A DNA stretch of 63,671 nt, counting the filler, from Nemertoderma westbladi (Eukaryota > Animalia > Xenacoelomorpha): the NCBI GenBank assembly GCA_032718475.1. It is 4 parts of 4 records of this genome, joined end to end, with 100 filler letters (N's around TTAATTAATTAA, not from the genome) between each part and the next. Parts side by side here need not be neighbours in the genome. Positions count along the whole stretch, not along the records: positions 22,244 to 48,790 come from JAUCBJ010008222.1; 3 more parts are not named here. One strand, written 5' to 3'. Position numbers and translations under genes: made by a program. The notes below the pieces were generated by a model that did no database searches, was not told where the DNA came from, and was given only the letters and a program-made list of their open reading frames with translations. Shown here piece after piece: positions 36,308 to 48,890 of this stretch; the first letter of the stretch is position 1, and each line of letters begins with the position of its first letter.

Positions 36308-39300
36308 ATGTTAGCAACAAAATGTTAGCAACAATGTTAGCAACAATGTTAGCAACAGTGTTAGCACCAGTGTTAGCAGCAATGTTAGCAACAATGTTAG
36401 CAACTCAATGTTAGCAACAATGTTAGCAACAATGTTAGCAACAATGTTAGCAACAATGTTAGCAACAATGTTAGCAACAATGATAGCAACAATGTTAGCA
36501 ACAATGTTAGCAACAATGTTAGCAACAATGTTAGCAACAATGTTAGCAACAATGTTAGCAACAATGTTAGCAACAATGTTAGCAACAATGTTAGCAACAG
36601 TGTTAGTAACAATGTTAGCAATAATGTTAGCAACAGTGTTAGCACCAGTGTTAGCAATAATGTTAGCATAACAATGTTAGCAGCAATGTTAGCAACAATG
36701 TTACAACAATGTTAGCAAAAATGTTAGCAACAATGTTAGCAACAATGTTAGCAACAATGTTAGCAACAATGTTAGCAACAATGTTAGCAACAATGTTAGC
36801 AACAATGTTAGCAACAATGTTAGCAACAATGTTAGCAACAATGTTAGCAACAATGTTAGCAACAATGTTAGCAACAATGTTAGCAACAGTCTTAGTAACA
36901 ATGTTAGCAATAATGTTAGCAACAGTGTTAGCACCAGTGTTAGCAGCAATGTTAGCAACAATGTTAGCAACTCAATGTTAGCAACAATGTTAGCAACAAT
37001 GTTAGCAACAATGTTAGCAACAATGTTAGCAACAATGTTAGCAACAATGTTAGCAACAATGATAGCAACAATGTTAGCAACAATGTTAGCAACAATGTTA
37101 GCAACAATGTTAGCAACAATGTTAGCAACAATGTTAGCAACAATGTTAGCAACAATGTTAGCAACAATGTTAGCAACAGTGTTAGTAACAATGTTAGCAA
37201 TAATGTTAGCAACAGTGTTAGCACCAGTGTTAGCAATAATGTTAGCATAACAATGTTAGCAGCAATGTTAGCAACAATGTTACAACAATGTTAGCAAAAA
37301 TGTTAGCAACAATGTTAGCAACAATGTTAGCAACAATGTTAGCAACAATGTTAGCAACAATGTTAGCAACAATGTTAGCAACAATGTTAGCAACAATGTT
37401 AGCAACAATGTTAGCAACAATGTTAGCAACAATGTTAGCAACAACGTTAGCAACAATGTTAGCAACAATGTTAGCAACAATGTTAGCAACAATGATAGCA
37501 ACAATGTTAGCAACAATGTTAGCAACAATGTTAGCAACAATGTTAGCAACAATGTTAGCAACAATGTTAGCAACAATGTTAGCAACAATGTTAGCAACAA
37601 TGTTAGCAACAATGTTAGCAACAATGTTAGCAACAATGTTAGCAACAATGTTAGCCACAATGTTAGCAACAATGTTAGCAACAAATGTTAGCAACAATGT
37701 TAGCAACAATGATAGCAACAATGTTAGCAACAATGTTAGCAACAATGTTAGCATAACAATGTTAGCATAACAATGTTAGCAACAATGTTAGCATAACAAT
37801 GTTAGCAACAATGTTAGCAACAATGTTAGCAACAATGTTAGCAACAATGTTAGCAACAATGTTAGCAACAATGTTAGCATAACAACGTTAGCAACAATGT
37901 AAGCAACAATGTTAGCAACAATGTTAGCAACAATGTTAGCATAACGATGTTAGCAACAATGTTAGCAACAATGTTAGCAACAATGTTAGCAACAGTGTTA
38001 GAAAAAGTGTTAGCAACAATGTTAGCAACAGTGTTAGCAACAATGTTAGCAACAATGTTAGCAACAGTGTTAGCAACAATGTTAGCAACAATGTTAGCAA
38101 CAATGTTAGCATAACAATGTTAGCAACAATGTTAGCAACAATGTTAGCAACAATGTTAGCAACAATGTTAGCAACAATGTTAGCAACAATGTTAGCAACA
38201 ATGTTAGCAACAATGTTAGCAACAATGTTAGCAACAATGTTAGCAACAATGTTAGCAAAAATGTTAGCAACAATGTTAGCATAACAACGTTAGCAACAAT
38301 GTTAGCAACAATGTTAGCAACTCAATGTTAGCAACAATGTTAGCAACAATGTTAGCAACAATGTTAGCAACAATGTTAGCAACAATGTTAGCAACAGTGT
38401 TAGCAACAATGTTAGCAACAATGTTAGCAACAATGTTAGCAACAATGTTAGCATAACAATGTTAGCAACAATGTTAGCAACAATGTTAGCAACAATGTTA
38501 GCAACAATGTTAGCAACAATGTTAGCAACAATGTTAGCAACAATGTTAGCAACAATGTTAGCAACAATGTTAGCAAAAATGTTAGCAACAATGTTAGCAT
38601 AACAACGTTAGCAACAATGTTAGCAACAATGTTAGCAACTCAATGTTAGCAACAATGTTAGCAACAATGTTAGCAACAATGTTAGCAACAATGTTAGCAA
38701 AAATATTAGAAACAATGTTAGCAACAATGTTAGCAACTCAATGTTAGCAACAATGTTAGCAACAATGTTAGCATAACAATGTTAGCAACAATGTTAGCAA
38801 CAATGTTAGCAACTCAATGTTAGCAACAATGTTAGCAACAATGTTAGCAACAATGTTAGCAACAATGTTAGCATAACAACGTTAGCAACAATGTTAACAA
38901 CAATGTTAGCAACAGTGTTAGCAACAATGTTAGCAACAATGTTAGCAACAATGTTAGCAACAATGTTAGCAACAATGTTAGCATAACAACGTTAGCAACA
39001 ATGTAAGCAACAATGTTAGCAACAATGTTAGCAACAATGTTAGCATAACGATGTTAGCAACAATGTTAGCAACAATGTTAGCAACAATGTTAGCAACAGT
39101 GTTAGAAAAAATGTTAGCAACAATGTTAGCAACAGTGTTAGCAACAATGTTAGCAACAATGTTAGCAACAGTGTTAGCAACAATGTTAGCAACAATGTTA
39201 GCAACAATGTTAGCAACAATGTTAGCATAACAATGTTAGCAACAATGTTAGCAACAATGTTAGCAACAATGTTAGCAACAATGTTAGCAACAATGTTAGC

Positions 39301-41105
39301 AACAATGTTAGCAACAATGTCAGCAACAATGTTAGCAACAATGTTAGCAACAATGTTAGCAACAATGTTAGCAACAATGTTAGCAACAATGTTAGCAACA
39401 ATGTTAGCAAAAATGTTAGCAACAATGTTAGCATAACAACGTTAGCAACAATGTTAGCAACAATGTTAGCATAACAATGTTAGCAACAATGTTAGCAACA
39501 ATGTTAGCAACAGTGTTAGCAACAATGTTAGCAACAATGTTAGCAACAGTGTTAGAAAAAATGTTAGCAACAATGTTAGCAACAATGTTAGCAACAGTGT
39601 TAGCAACAATGTTAGCAACAATGTTAGTAACAGTGTTAGCAACAATGTTAGCAACAATGTTAGCAACTGTGTTAGCAACAATGTTAGCAACAATGTTAGC
39701 AACAGTGTTAGCAACAGTGTTAGAAAAAATGTTAGCAACAATTTTAGCAACAATGTTAGCAACAATGTTAGCAACTATGTTAGCAACAATGTTAGCAACA
39801 ATGTTAGCAACAGTGTTAGCAACAGTGTTAGAAAAAATGTTAGCAACAATGTTAGCAACACTGTTAGCAACAATGGTAGCAACAGTGTTAGCAACAATGT
39901 TAGCAACTATGTTAGCTACAATGTTAAAACAATGTTAGCAACAATGTTAGCATAACAATGTTAGCAACAGTGTTAGCAACTGTGTTAGAAAAAATGTTAG
40001 CAACAATGTAAGCAACAATGGTAGCAACAGTGTTAGCAACAATGTTAGCAACAATGTTAGCAACAGCGTTAGAAAAAATGTTAGCAACAATGTTAGCAAC
40101 AATGTTAGCATAACAATGTTAGCAACAATGTTAGCAACAATGTTAGCATAACAATGTTAGCAACAATGTTAGCAACAATGTTAGCAACAATGTTAACAAC
40201 AATGTTAGCAACAATGTTAGCAACAATGTTAGCATAACAACGTTAGCAACAATGTTAGCAACAATGTTAGCATAACAATGTTAGCAACAATGTTAGCAAC
40301 AATGTTAGCAACAGTGTTAGCAACAATGTTAGCAACAATGTTAGCAACAGTGTTAGAAAAAATGTTAGCAACAATGTTAGAAACAATGTTAGCAACAGTG
40401 TTAGCAACAATGTTAGCAACAATGTTAGCAACAGTGTTAGCAACAATGTTAGCAACAATGTTAGCAACAGTGTTAGCAACAATGTTAGCATAACAATGTT
40501 AGCAACAGTGTTAGCAACAATGTTAGCAACAATGTTAGCAACAGTGTTAGCAACAGTGTTAGAAAAAATGTTAGCAACAATTTTAGCAACAATGTTAGCA
40601 ACAATGTTATCAACTATGTTAGCAACAATGTTAGCAACAATGTTAGCAACAGTGTTAGCAACAGTGTTAGAAAAAATGTTAGCAACAATGTTAGCAACAC
40701 TGTTAGCAACAATGGTAGCAACAGTGTTAGCAACAATGTTAGCAACTATGTTAGCTACAATGTTAAAACAATGTTAGCAACAATGTTAGCATAACAATGT
40801 TAGCAACAGTGTTAGCAACAGTGTTAGAAAAAATCTTAGCAACAATGGTAGCAACAGTGTTAGCAACAATGTTAGCAACAATGTTAGCAACAATGTTAGC
40901 AACAGTGTCAGCAACACTGTTAGCAACAATGTTAGCAACAATGTTAGTAACAATGTTAGCAACAGTGTCAGCAACACTGTTAGCAACAATGTTAGCAACA
41001 CTGTTAGCAACAATGTTAGCAACAGTGTCAGCAACACTGTTAGCAACAATGTTAGCAACACTGTTAGCAACAATGTTAGCAACAATGTTAGCAACAATGT
41101 TTAGC
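36308..41105. repeat. Intronic 12-bp satellite TGTTAGCAACAA (~4.8 kb)
   Basis: Hundreds of copies with shared variants and duplicated higher-order blocks. Confidence 0.98.
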
Positions 41106-41117
41106 TGCTTGACTTAC

Positions 41118-41334
41118 TGTTTGTCATTTTATCAACGGCGTCGTGATCGAAGAATTGAATAAAAGCGAAACCTCTATTCCTCCCCGAATCCTTGTCGCGT
41201 TTAATATCGATGGATTCTATCTCGCCGAATTGTGCGAAGTATTCCTTAAGGTCGTCCTCGGTTATGCCTTCACCCCCCAGACCGCCCACAAAGACCTTCT
41301 TTGTGCTGACATGGGCACCGGGTTTAGCCGAATC
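41118..41334 (-). CDS. hnRNP A/B-family exon: inter-RRM linker + RRM2
   Basis: TTATTAG|DSAKPGAHVSTKKVFVGGL...RNRGFAFIQFFDHDAVDKMTN|GTAAGT; RNP2 VFVGGL and RNP1 RGFAFIQF; matches hnRNP A1 DSQRPGAHLTVKKIFVGG. RRM1 exons were not found in this contig. Confidence 0.92.
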
Positions 41335-41689
41335 CTAATAATTAATGAATAAGAATGAAATAGAAATACCCTCGCTAATGTTTTTTTTTTACAAACAACA
41401 TCGCTAAAATGTTCGCTAAATGAGTGATTTTCTGATCGGTTATTTCATTTCCGATGTCGGATTTAATGCTTGGTTGATTTATTGTCTGTCTTTCTGTCAG
41501 TACGACTGACTTTCAGTTTGTCTGTCTCTTTGTTGGTCTCTTTGTCAGAAAACATAATGATTTGGAAACGTAATGTTAATTTAATTGAAATCAAAACATG
41601 CTATAGTAAAATAATCCAAATTGTCGACATGCTGCAGCTAGGGGGTCTGCCATTTACGAAGATTTATAATATGTTAAGGATAGAGGGTC

Positions 41690-41723
41690 TAAGCCTTTCG
41701 GGCCTAAACCCTTCTTCAGGCGA
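41690..41723 (-). ncRNA. Hammerhead ribozyme core in the pLTR (intact core, cleavage-site side deleted)
   Basis: TCGC-CTGAAGA-AGGG-TTTAGG-CCC-GAAA-GGC on the - strand. Confidence 0.6.
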
Positions 41724-42344
41724 TTATTAGAATAAAATAAAACTGAAATTTGAATTTATACAGACACAACCGCAAAATGCAGAACAGTGATCGGTACCGG
41801 TACAGCCTAAACAATGTATTGCTCAGGACAGTAGCCAATCACGTGCCACTACCGGTAAAAGTACTGTAGTTAGGAAATACATGTAATTGGATTAGTTTTA
41901 AAGTAGGGACACCAATATTAATAATAATGATAATTAATAAATTAGCTAATACATTAAATTACATACCTAATGAAACTACCTATATGCACCTGAAATGAAT
42001 TTGGAAAATTATCTACTGTAGTTAATTGAAAGAGCCACCAATATTAGAAATTAAAAGTTATATTATTTAAATTTATTCACGGATAGTACAGTAGTTAGAG
42101 TAGAGAAAGGAACCGATATGAACTGTAGTTGGATATAGCAAATAGACTAATTAAGAAATCAACAATATTAATAATAATAAAAATAGTATAAAATAAAATA
42201 TAAAAACTTTTAGTTTGGAAGTGGAATGTTCGTTTATATAGTAGCACCAATACTGGAAAACGATTTGAAAACGAGAATTTAACGAATAATAGTATGATAT
42301 AAGCACCAATATTAAATTAATAAATTCTTACTACAAGTTTGAGA

Positions 42345-43359
42345 TTACGAATGATAATGGGTGGAGTATACTTTACTGTATATTGGCGGTAGAACTTTAT
42401 TTAGTGGGGGACGTAAAGTGTTAATATACCAGCTTTCATAAGCAAGCAAGTGGGTCATCTCTACAGTGTAAAGTGGCAGTGACGCTGAAATTATCAAGTG
42501 TACAAGTATCGAAGTGCTTAAGTAGGAGTGCATCGTGTCGTGTGATAACTTCATCCACGTGTGTGTGATACCACGTAGGGTTACGTATGTTAGAGCGGTG
42601 ATTGTTCATTCGGAGGTGTAATCGTTGCATAGTTTCGCCCAAATAAAATTGGTCGCTATGAACTTTGCACCTTATCGTATATAGCACGTTGTTGGACCTA
42701 TACGTGAAACGTTCTGGAATAGTGTCACCCCATGGAGTCTCGGTATCCTTGGTTACTGAGTGGCAAGTAAGACACCCCTTGGTTTTGCATGGGAAATTTC
42801 CTTTACCAGGTAATTTGGGCACGGTATTCTTTGTAAATAGTATATTACCGAGGCTTATACCTAGCTGTGAAATAACAACTAGATTAATATTTTTTAAATA
42901 GTGAGCAAAACTCGTGAGTACAGACTTAATCTGTATTAGGAACTGGGGCGGTACTGTTAAATAGTAGGTGTCGACAGGCTCAACCGGTGTTGGGTTAACC
43001 TGCGGTTCCCAACGTCGTAGTGAGTGGATTATACGTGTGGGGTATCCTTGGGTTAAACACCCTTCAAGGTATTTATCCCGGTATATTGCGTAGTCTTCGA
43101 GTCTATCAGACAGTCTCCTAAGTGGTAACAGTTGTGATTTAACTATGTTAGTAAGCATAATGGGTCCATGTGCACTATTGAAGTTAATGGGGACCTTGTT
43201 ACTACATGGCTTTTTATAACGCGATACAATTAACATATTATTAATTACGGTTATAGTCATATCTAGAAAAGTAATACTTTCTGAAGAGAATTCAGCGGTA
43301 TACTTTATATCGCTATTATTGTATAGTGCGACTGAGGCATTATTAGCATTAGCTTCCAT
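42345..43359 (-). pseudogene. PLE RT C-terminus + Cys-rich linker + GIY-YIG endonuclease (frameshift near C-terminus)
   Basis: ITFLDMTI...YKKP...FNSAH, CKTKGCLTC, NVLYTIRC...YLGETMQRLHLRMNNHRSNI; ESWYINTLRPPLNK lies in a shifted frame. Confidence 0.85.
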
Positions 43360-43456
43360 CCATTAGCTTCAATTAACTACAGTAGATAATTTTCCAAATT
43401 CATTTCAGGTGCATATAGGTAGTTTCATTAGGTATGTAATTTAATTTTATTTACTA

Positions 43457-44041
43457 TGCAATCAATATAACCAACCATATGCAGTTTGTTATGTCCAGTT
43501 TATATCCTTCTGATTTACATTTTTAATTTTAACATAGAAGCAATAAGTACAGCTATCATTTTTACACAATATTCATATGCAATAGTAGATATATGGATAG
43601 CAATACCACTGCCTAATTGACAGATTGATATTGAATTAATGTGCTCAAATAATTTGTTCATATCCAAAGGTATGCATTAAAACTAATAATTTGTTTATGT
43701 AGGTGACCCCAACATATTTTTTAAAACACATCTGGTGTTGCAAGTAGCCCCTTTCATGTCCAAAATATAACAATATGTTAAAATATTCGCTATATATATT
43801 GAAATCAAAGTGATGTTTCAAGTAACCCCACCTTGGGGCTACTTGAAACACAGCAGAAATTTTTAAAAAAATGTGTTACAAATGGCCCAAATATACAATA
43901 ACAATGCTTGAAATTGAAATTTGATAACTCTATTATACACTGCTATGACAACAACCTGAGCTTGGTAAAGCTAAGGCATTGTAAATAATTTTAGAAATGT
44001 TATAGATCGCAATTTATGTTGCAAGTAGCCCCGTTTTACGG
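43457..44041. mobile_element. DNA-transposon-derived insertion in the pLTR, flanked by TA (one recognisable end)
   Basis: Absent from the other pLTR copy; ends CCCCGTTTTACGG-TA; repeated TGTTKCAAGTARCCCC motifs including a hairpin at ~43814-43850. Confidence 0.6.
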
Positions 44042-44265
44042 TAATTTATTAATTATCATTATTATTAATATTGGTGTCCCTACTTTAAAACTAATCCAAT
44101 TACATTTATTTCCTAACTATTACAGTACTTTTACCGGTAGTTGCACGTGATTGGCTACTGTCCTGAGCAATACATTGTTTAGGCTGTACCGGTACGGGTC
44201 ACTGTTCTGAATTTTGCGGTTGTGCCTGTATAAATTCAAATTTCTGTTTTATTTTATTCTAATAA

Positions 44266-44303
44266 TCGCCTAAAGAAGGGTTTAGGCCCGAAAGGCCTCG
44301 CGA
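44266..44303 (+). ncRNA. Minimal type I hammerhead ribozyme in the inverted pLTR (core G>A mutation)
   Basis: TCGC-CTAAAGA-AGGG-TTTAGG-CCC-GAAA-GGCC-TC-GCGA: stem I TCGC/GCGA, palindromic stem III AGGCCT, CUC cleavage triplet. Confidence 0.65.
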
Positions 44304-45169
44304 ATAATAATAATACAAAACGTTTTTATTGCTGGGGAATACCCTCTATCCTTAACATATTATAAATCATAGTAAAATAGTCAACCTACAAAACCAAACA
44401 TGTTGAAAAGCAACAACCTACATAATCTGATACGCAACTAAATTCTACACAAAAATCTAACAAAATACGTTTTTTTTGAATTTTTTGGCCTAAAAAAAGT
44501 AAAGCATCCCATTAAACTATAATTATTTAGAACCGCAATTATTACAATAAGGGTTAAAAATAATATCCCGTCATTCAAAAGAGAACAGACATGACAGTAG
44601 CCAGACCTATTTAACCAATCACACACCCGACAGGTTAGCAGAGTATATTCATATATTCAAATAAAGCAATTATCTGCGTTGCACAAAATTAAGTTTTAGT
44701 TTTAGATAAAATTACCAGAACTCATTACGCCATATATATACAAAAATACAAGTGAGAGAAATACAATACTGAGTTAGAGTTACGAGGTGATGGCAAACCG
44801 AAACTTTTAAAATCATGTGGCTAAAATTTGGTAACCTAATATTAAGTCTTCAATGAAACAACCAAATTGAATATTTACGAAAAATAGGAAATCCAAATAG
44901 GTAAAATAAATAAGTAATTTATACTTATTACTTACATATTTATTTAATCTACGGATATCAAAAGCTTATAAAACATACGAAGCGTAAAATATATTTACTT
45001 TATTTATTCAAAGATGTGCTTATAAGATGCCAATAATACAGTGTAAACATATTCATTATCATTATGAACACATGATAAGATATATGAAAAGGTTGTTAGT
45101 TACATAACAAGTACATTTATTATCGAATTGAATCAATAGGCACTGGTTGATTACTTGTGTAGACTATAG

Positions 45170-45634
45170 TTAGTTCATCGGTTTACCGTCCCACGAAGTC
45201 TTGGGAAAGTTGCTCCATTGGCCGCTGCCACAGGGATCAATGGCCGAGGCTGCACCCTTACTCGCACCCCTAACTGCACCCCTGGTGCCACTGCGTCCAC
45301 CTTTACCACCCCGTCCACGACCAGCACTCCCTGCGACACGCACGCCGGTGCTCCTGCTTCTGGCCCCTCTGGTAGCGCCCCGCTTAGCGCCCACACTTCG
45401 CCCACGCCCACCCCCTTTCTTCCCAACCTGGCCCCGTTTCGCCGCTGGTTTCCGACCACGCGATTTCTTCCCCGCCGATCCAACAGGTGGAATCCCTCGC
45501 GTTGGTCTCTGATTCTCGCTACTCAGCGCCCAGTCTGGGTACTTCGGTTCGACACCGACATCGTCCTGCTCAGTCGCAACACATCTGGGCATTCGGGATT
45601 TACTTTTTCTCGAAAATTTACTGTCTTTAGCCAT
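45170..45634 (-). CDS. Orphan basic Gly/Arg/Lys-rich protein, 154 aa
   Basis: GC-rich island in AT-rich DNA, AAAATGG start context, about 23% K+R, AATAAA ~50 nt after the stop (45116-45121). Confidence 0.6.
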   Translation of the reverse strand: MAKDSKFSRKSKSRMPRCVATEQDDVGVEPKYPDWALSSENQRPTRGIPPVGSAGKKSRGRKPAAKRGQVGKKGGGRGRSVGAKRGATRGARSRSTGVRVAGSAGRGRGGKGGRSGTRGAVRGASKGAASAIDPCGSGQWSNFPKTSWDGKPMN

Positions 45635-46412
45635 TTTTTTTTATAGAATAAATTAACTCAGTTACTTTATACCATAGATTAATATATACTAAATACTAGA
45701 CAGACAGTAGTAGGGTTGCTTTTAATTTAATCAATTTTACTTTTTGTCCAAAATTATTGGCCAAAAGGTACTTCACTTTCGTATTTTCTTCTAAAAACAC
45801 GAATCCTAAACCTGGAGTTTCAAAATAAAAAATAGTTGAGAAACAATAGATGAGAATTATTAGTACCTCCTAACAATACCTTGTATAAATAAAAGCACTA
45901 CAATTGGTAAAAACTTATAAAAAAAAACGTTCGTTGGGGTAAATTGTTAATTTTTCATATTTTACGTTACGATAAAGATTTAGGTTTTATCCAGTTAATC
46001 TACCACTACCATAAAACCTGAAAAAAATCGTAATCAGATAAATCAATCCAAGCTACATTTTTGAATTCAGTCCATATCAGTAAGTGTAAAATGTTCCAGA
46101 ACGTTGGGTAAATCGTTAAATATAATAAATGGCCTACACCGAAAGATAATTCTTGCAATCTTTGAACGCCTATAACTGTTTCTCAACAAAACTCAGGCAC
46201 ATATTTGGGAACCTTGCAACGCAATCTTTCTAATGATATGATATAAATAAATCACGACTCATGTGAAGAATGGCAGCGGTAGGAAGAAAGGTGTAATTTT
46301 GCAAGACACTTATTAAAATGCTGTCTTGTCGACAACACCCCTGACCAATTTTGTTTCGTTTGTTGTTTTTATTTTATTATAGAAGTGGAAATACTAGCCG
46401 GTACTCATCTTA

Positions 46413-46690
46413 GACCGCGTTCACACTACCGAGTCAAAGTCAAAATATAAAACAAATCACATGAAATTTATTGTTTTCTAGAATGCCCTTTTATGTATTA
46501 TATATATAATTATATGATGTTAGACAACCACGACTTTAGAGGGATTGTGATATTAAGGGAATAAGACCCCATGTCTTATTTTATAGTTTTCTTATGTATT
46601 ATATTAGGCCTATATAATGTATTATTATTTAGTATTGCCAGCTAGCTAGATTTATTTTCTTGACTTTGATTCGGTAGTGTGAACGCGGCC
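46413..46690. mobile_element. PIF/Harbinger-like MITE
   Basis: ~30-bp TIRs GACCGCGTTCACACTACCGAGTCAAAGTCAA / TTGACTTTGATTCGGTAGTGTGAACGCGGCC; flanks TTA / TTC. Confidence 0.75.
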
Positions 46691-46995
46691 TTCGTTGAAT
46701 CTGAGTATTTTCAGATAGCTAGTTAATCAGCTTAGTAAAAAAAATATTAAAAATAAACACAAGAACAACATGGTTTACTCGGTTGTAGCTATGGAGTTAT
46801 TTATGGCAGATACCGGTACAAATTAATGATAAAATCAAAAAATATTGTTGCAGCTAGTGTTATTAATGTTTGTTACTTGCTAGCATTTTTCGTTGAGTTG
46901 AAAACAAATTTAGCTAAATTGAAATTGCAAAAATATTCTAGAATAAGAAAAAAATGTAAATAAAATAAAACATTATTTTTTTATAATATTTGTAA

Positions 46996-47714
46996 ATAGG
47001 GTAGTAGGCGAGTCAATCTAGCCGAAAAAGGTGGTCAACCCATAACAAATTCGCAATTCATACAAACCAATTTTATTTTCTTCTACATTACCTTGTTAAC
47101 ACCCCCAAAAAAGTCTATAAAAATATATTATGGGGATCACCTTCAATTTCCTGTTTCTTTCCTTAGCAACATGGATTTTACATAGCAACAGGGGGTCTAT
47201 TAGTGGGATTTTCTCCAAATTTGGTACAAACAAACTTTACTCTAATGACTATCGATTGACTAAAGTATGCACTTCTATATAGTTGCCAATTTAGTTTCCA
47301 GAGCAACCGAAATTTGTGTAATAATTTAACCATTTTTAATATATACCAATTTTGCTGGTACAATATAGAGAGCTTATTTACACAACTTCTCTACTAAACG
47401 GGTGGATGTAACCTCGCCCATCAGATTAATCGACCTCAAAATTTGCATAGAATCACAGCTTATTGTGAAATTAATTAAATTATTCTGGAACATCACAAAT
47501 TTGCTACTTACTTTTCCCTACTGTTCCTTTTGTTTGGCTTGTTTTATGCAAATTTACGTAGAATTTCCATGAATTAACATATGACCCGCAAAATATAATT
47601 TTATAGAATTTTTTTGGTCATTAATAAGGTAATAGAGAATCCAAAATGTGTGGTTCGGATTTATTGCGAAATACTTATTGGTTTTTTATTAGATTGACTC
47701 GACTATGTATCTAT
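46996..47714. mobile_element. Degenerate TIR element (unclassified)
   Basis: Inverted terminal motif CGAGTCAATCTA / TAGATTGACTCG with partial outward extension. Confidence 0.45.
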
Positions 47715-48790
47715 ATATTATTATAATAGGTAGTATTTCGAACAATAATAGCTATCATGAAAAATATTATGTTGCATAAAAGTAGACAATGTTCTAGAAC
47801 ATAGATATTAGATATATAAAAATCAAGGAAACTTTAGCTCGTTGAAAACAATTGGATGGGGATGTCGTCGATAGAACTAGTTCCTATTTTTCCAAATTTT
47901 ACAATCTATCCACTTTGTTTAAAAATATTGTTATACAATAAATAATTGAAGAGTTATTTTGATGGTTGCTGATATAAAATATGTGTACTGGTGCAGTATG
48001 CGTACAGTCCCACCAAATTTTATTTACTAGCTAGTTTTTGAGAATTTTTTTTTGAAATGTACCAGAACAGAACATGTTAATTATTTTATTTTGAAAAAAT
48101 TTATATTCTAGAACAAATATTTTTTGTTCTAGACCATGTAACAAGTACTAACTACGGCAAAAGATTTGGACAGGGAAGAAGGAGTACAGAGTTAGTTCCG
48201 TAAATACTAGCTAGACATCCCTAAAACACTATCTATCTACCATAACATTTATTAGTTTATACAAATTGAAGGGCCAAATTGTGCATATTGACAAAATTAC
48301 AGTAAATGAAAATTTCTAGAATTCTCCCAGTATATATACATCGATTCTAAATTATATTATTGAAAATTCATCCTTCGGTCAGCCTCCAGTCGTACACGAC
48401 TTCGAGGCCTTGTATTTATAGAACGCCTTAGAATCCATAAATAAAAAGAATAACATAATTTGTTAAATGTAGAACAAAATAGTAGATGTTCTCGGTAACA
48501 AAAAATCGTTATTAAAAAATAGCTAAAAAAGTTGGAGATAAGATAGAATTTACCGGTACCCAATAATTAAGTAAAGGTTTGTAAAAAAATTTGGGGACAG
48601 GTCTGTAGACTGATCCTATCTATATTCCCCTATTAAGTGTTAAATGTTATGACACTATATACCAGGACATACAGATTCCAGAATTTGTATATAAAAATGA
48701 AAAAATGTAACTTTGACGACAACAAAACTAATTACAATCTGTGCCGTAAATTGTATAAGTCTGGTTCAAAATCCAAATCCTGAAATAATT

Positions 48791-48890
48791 NNNNNNNNNN
48801 NNNNNNNNNNNNNNNNNNNNNNNNNNNNNNNNNNTTAATTAATTAANNNNNNNNNNNNNNNNNNNNNNNNNNNNNNNNNNNNNNNNNNNN
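48791..48890. other. Artificial contig spacer
   Basis: N44-TTAATTAATTAA-N44. Confidence 0.97.

Larger units (their letters stand above)
41614..44368 (-). mobile_element. 5'-truncated Penelope-like element (Neptune-type) with inverted pLTR
   Basis: RT thumb plus GIY-YIG ORF; inverted repeats ~41660-42020 vs 43368-44368 (interrupted); candidate TSD ATAGTAAAATA (41603-41613, 44369-44379). Confidence 0.85.

Noticed and set aside
36397-41162. MLAT/LLT/VANI-repeat ORFs
   Set aside because: Artefacts of the 12-bp intronic satellite.
45170-45200. Basic ORF spliced to the RRM2 exon via G|GTAAAC
   Set aside because: This donor is phase 1 while the RRM2 exon acceptor is phase 0.
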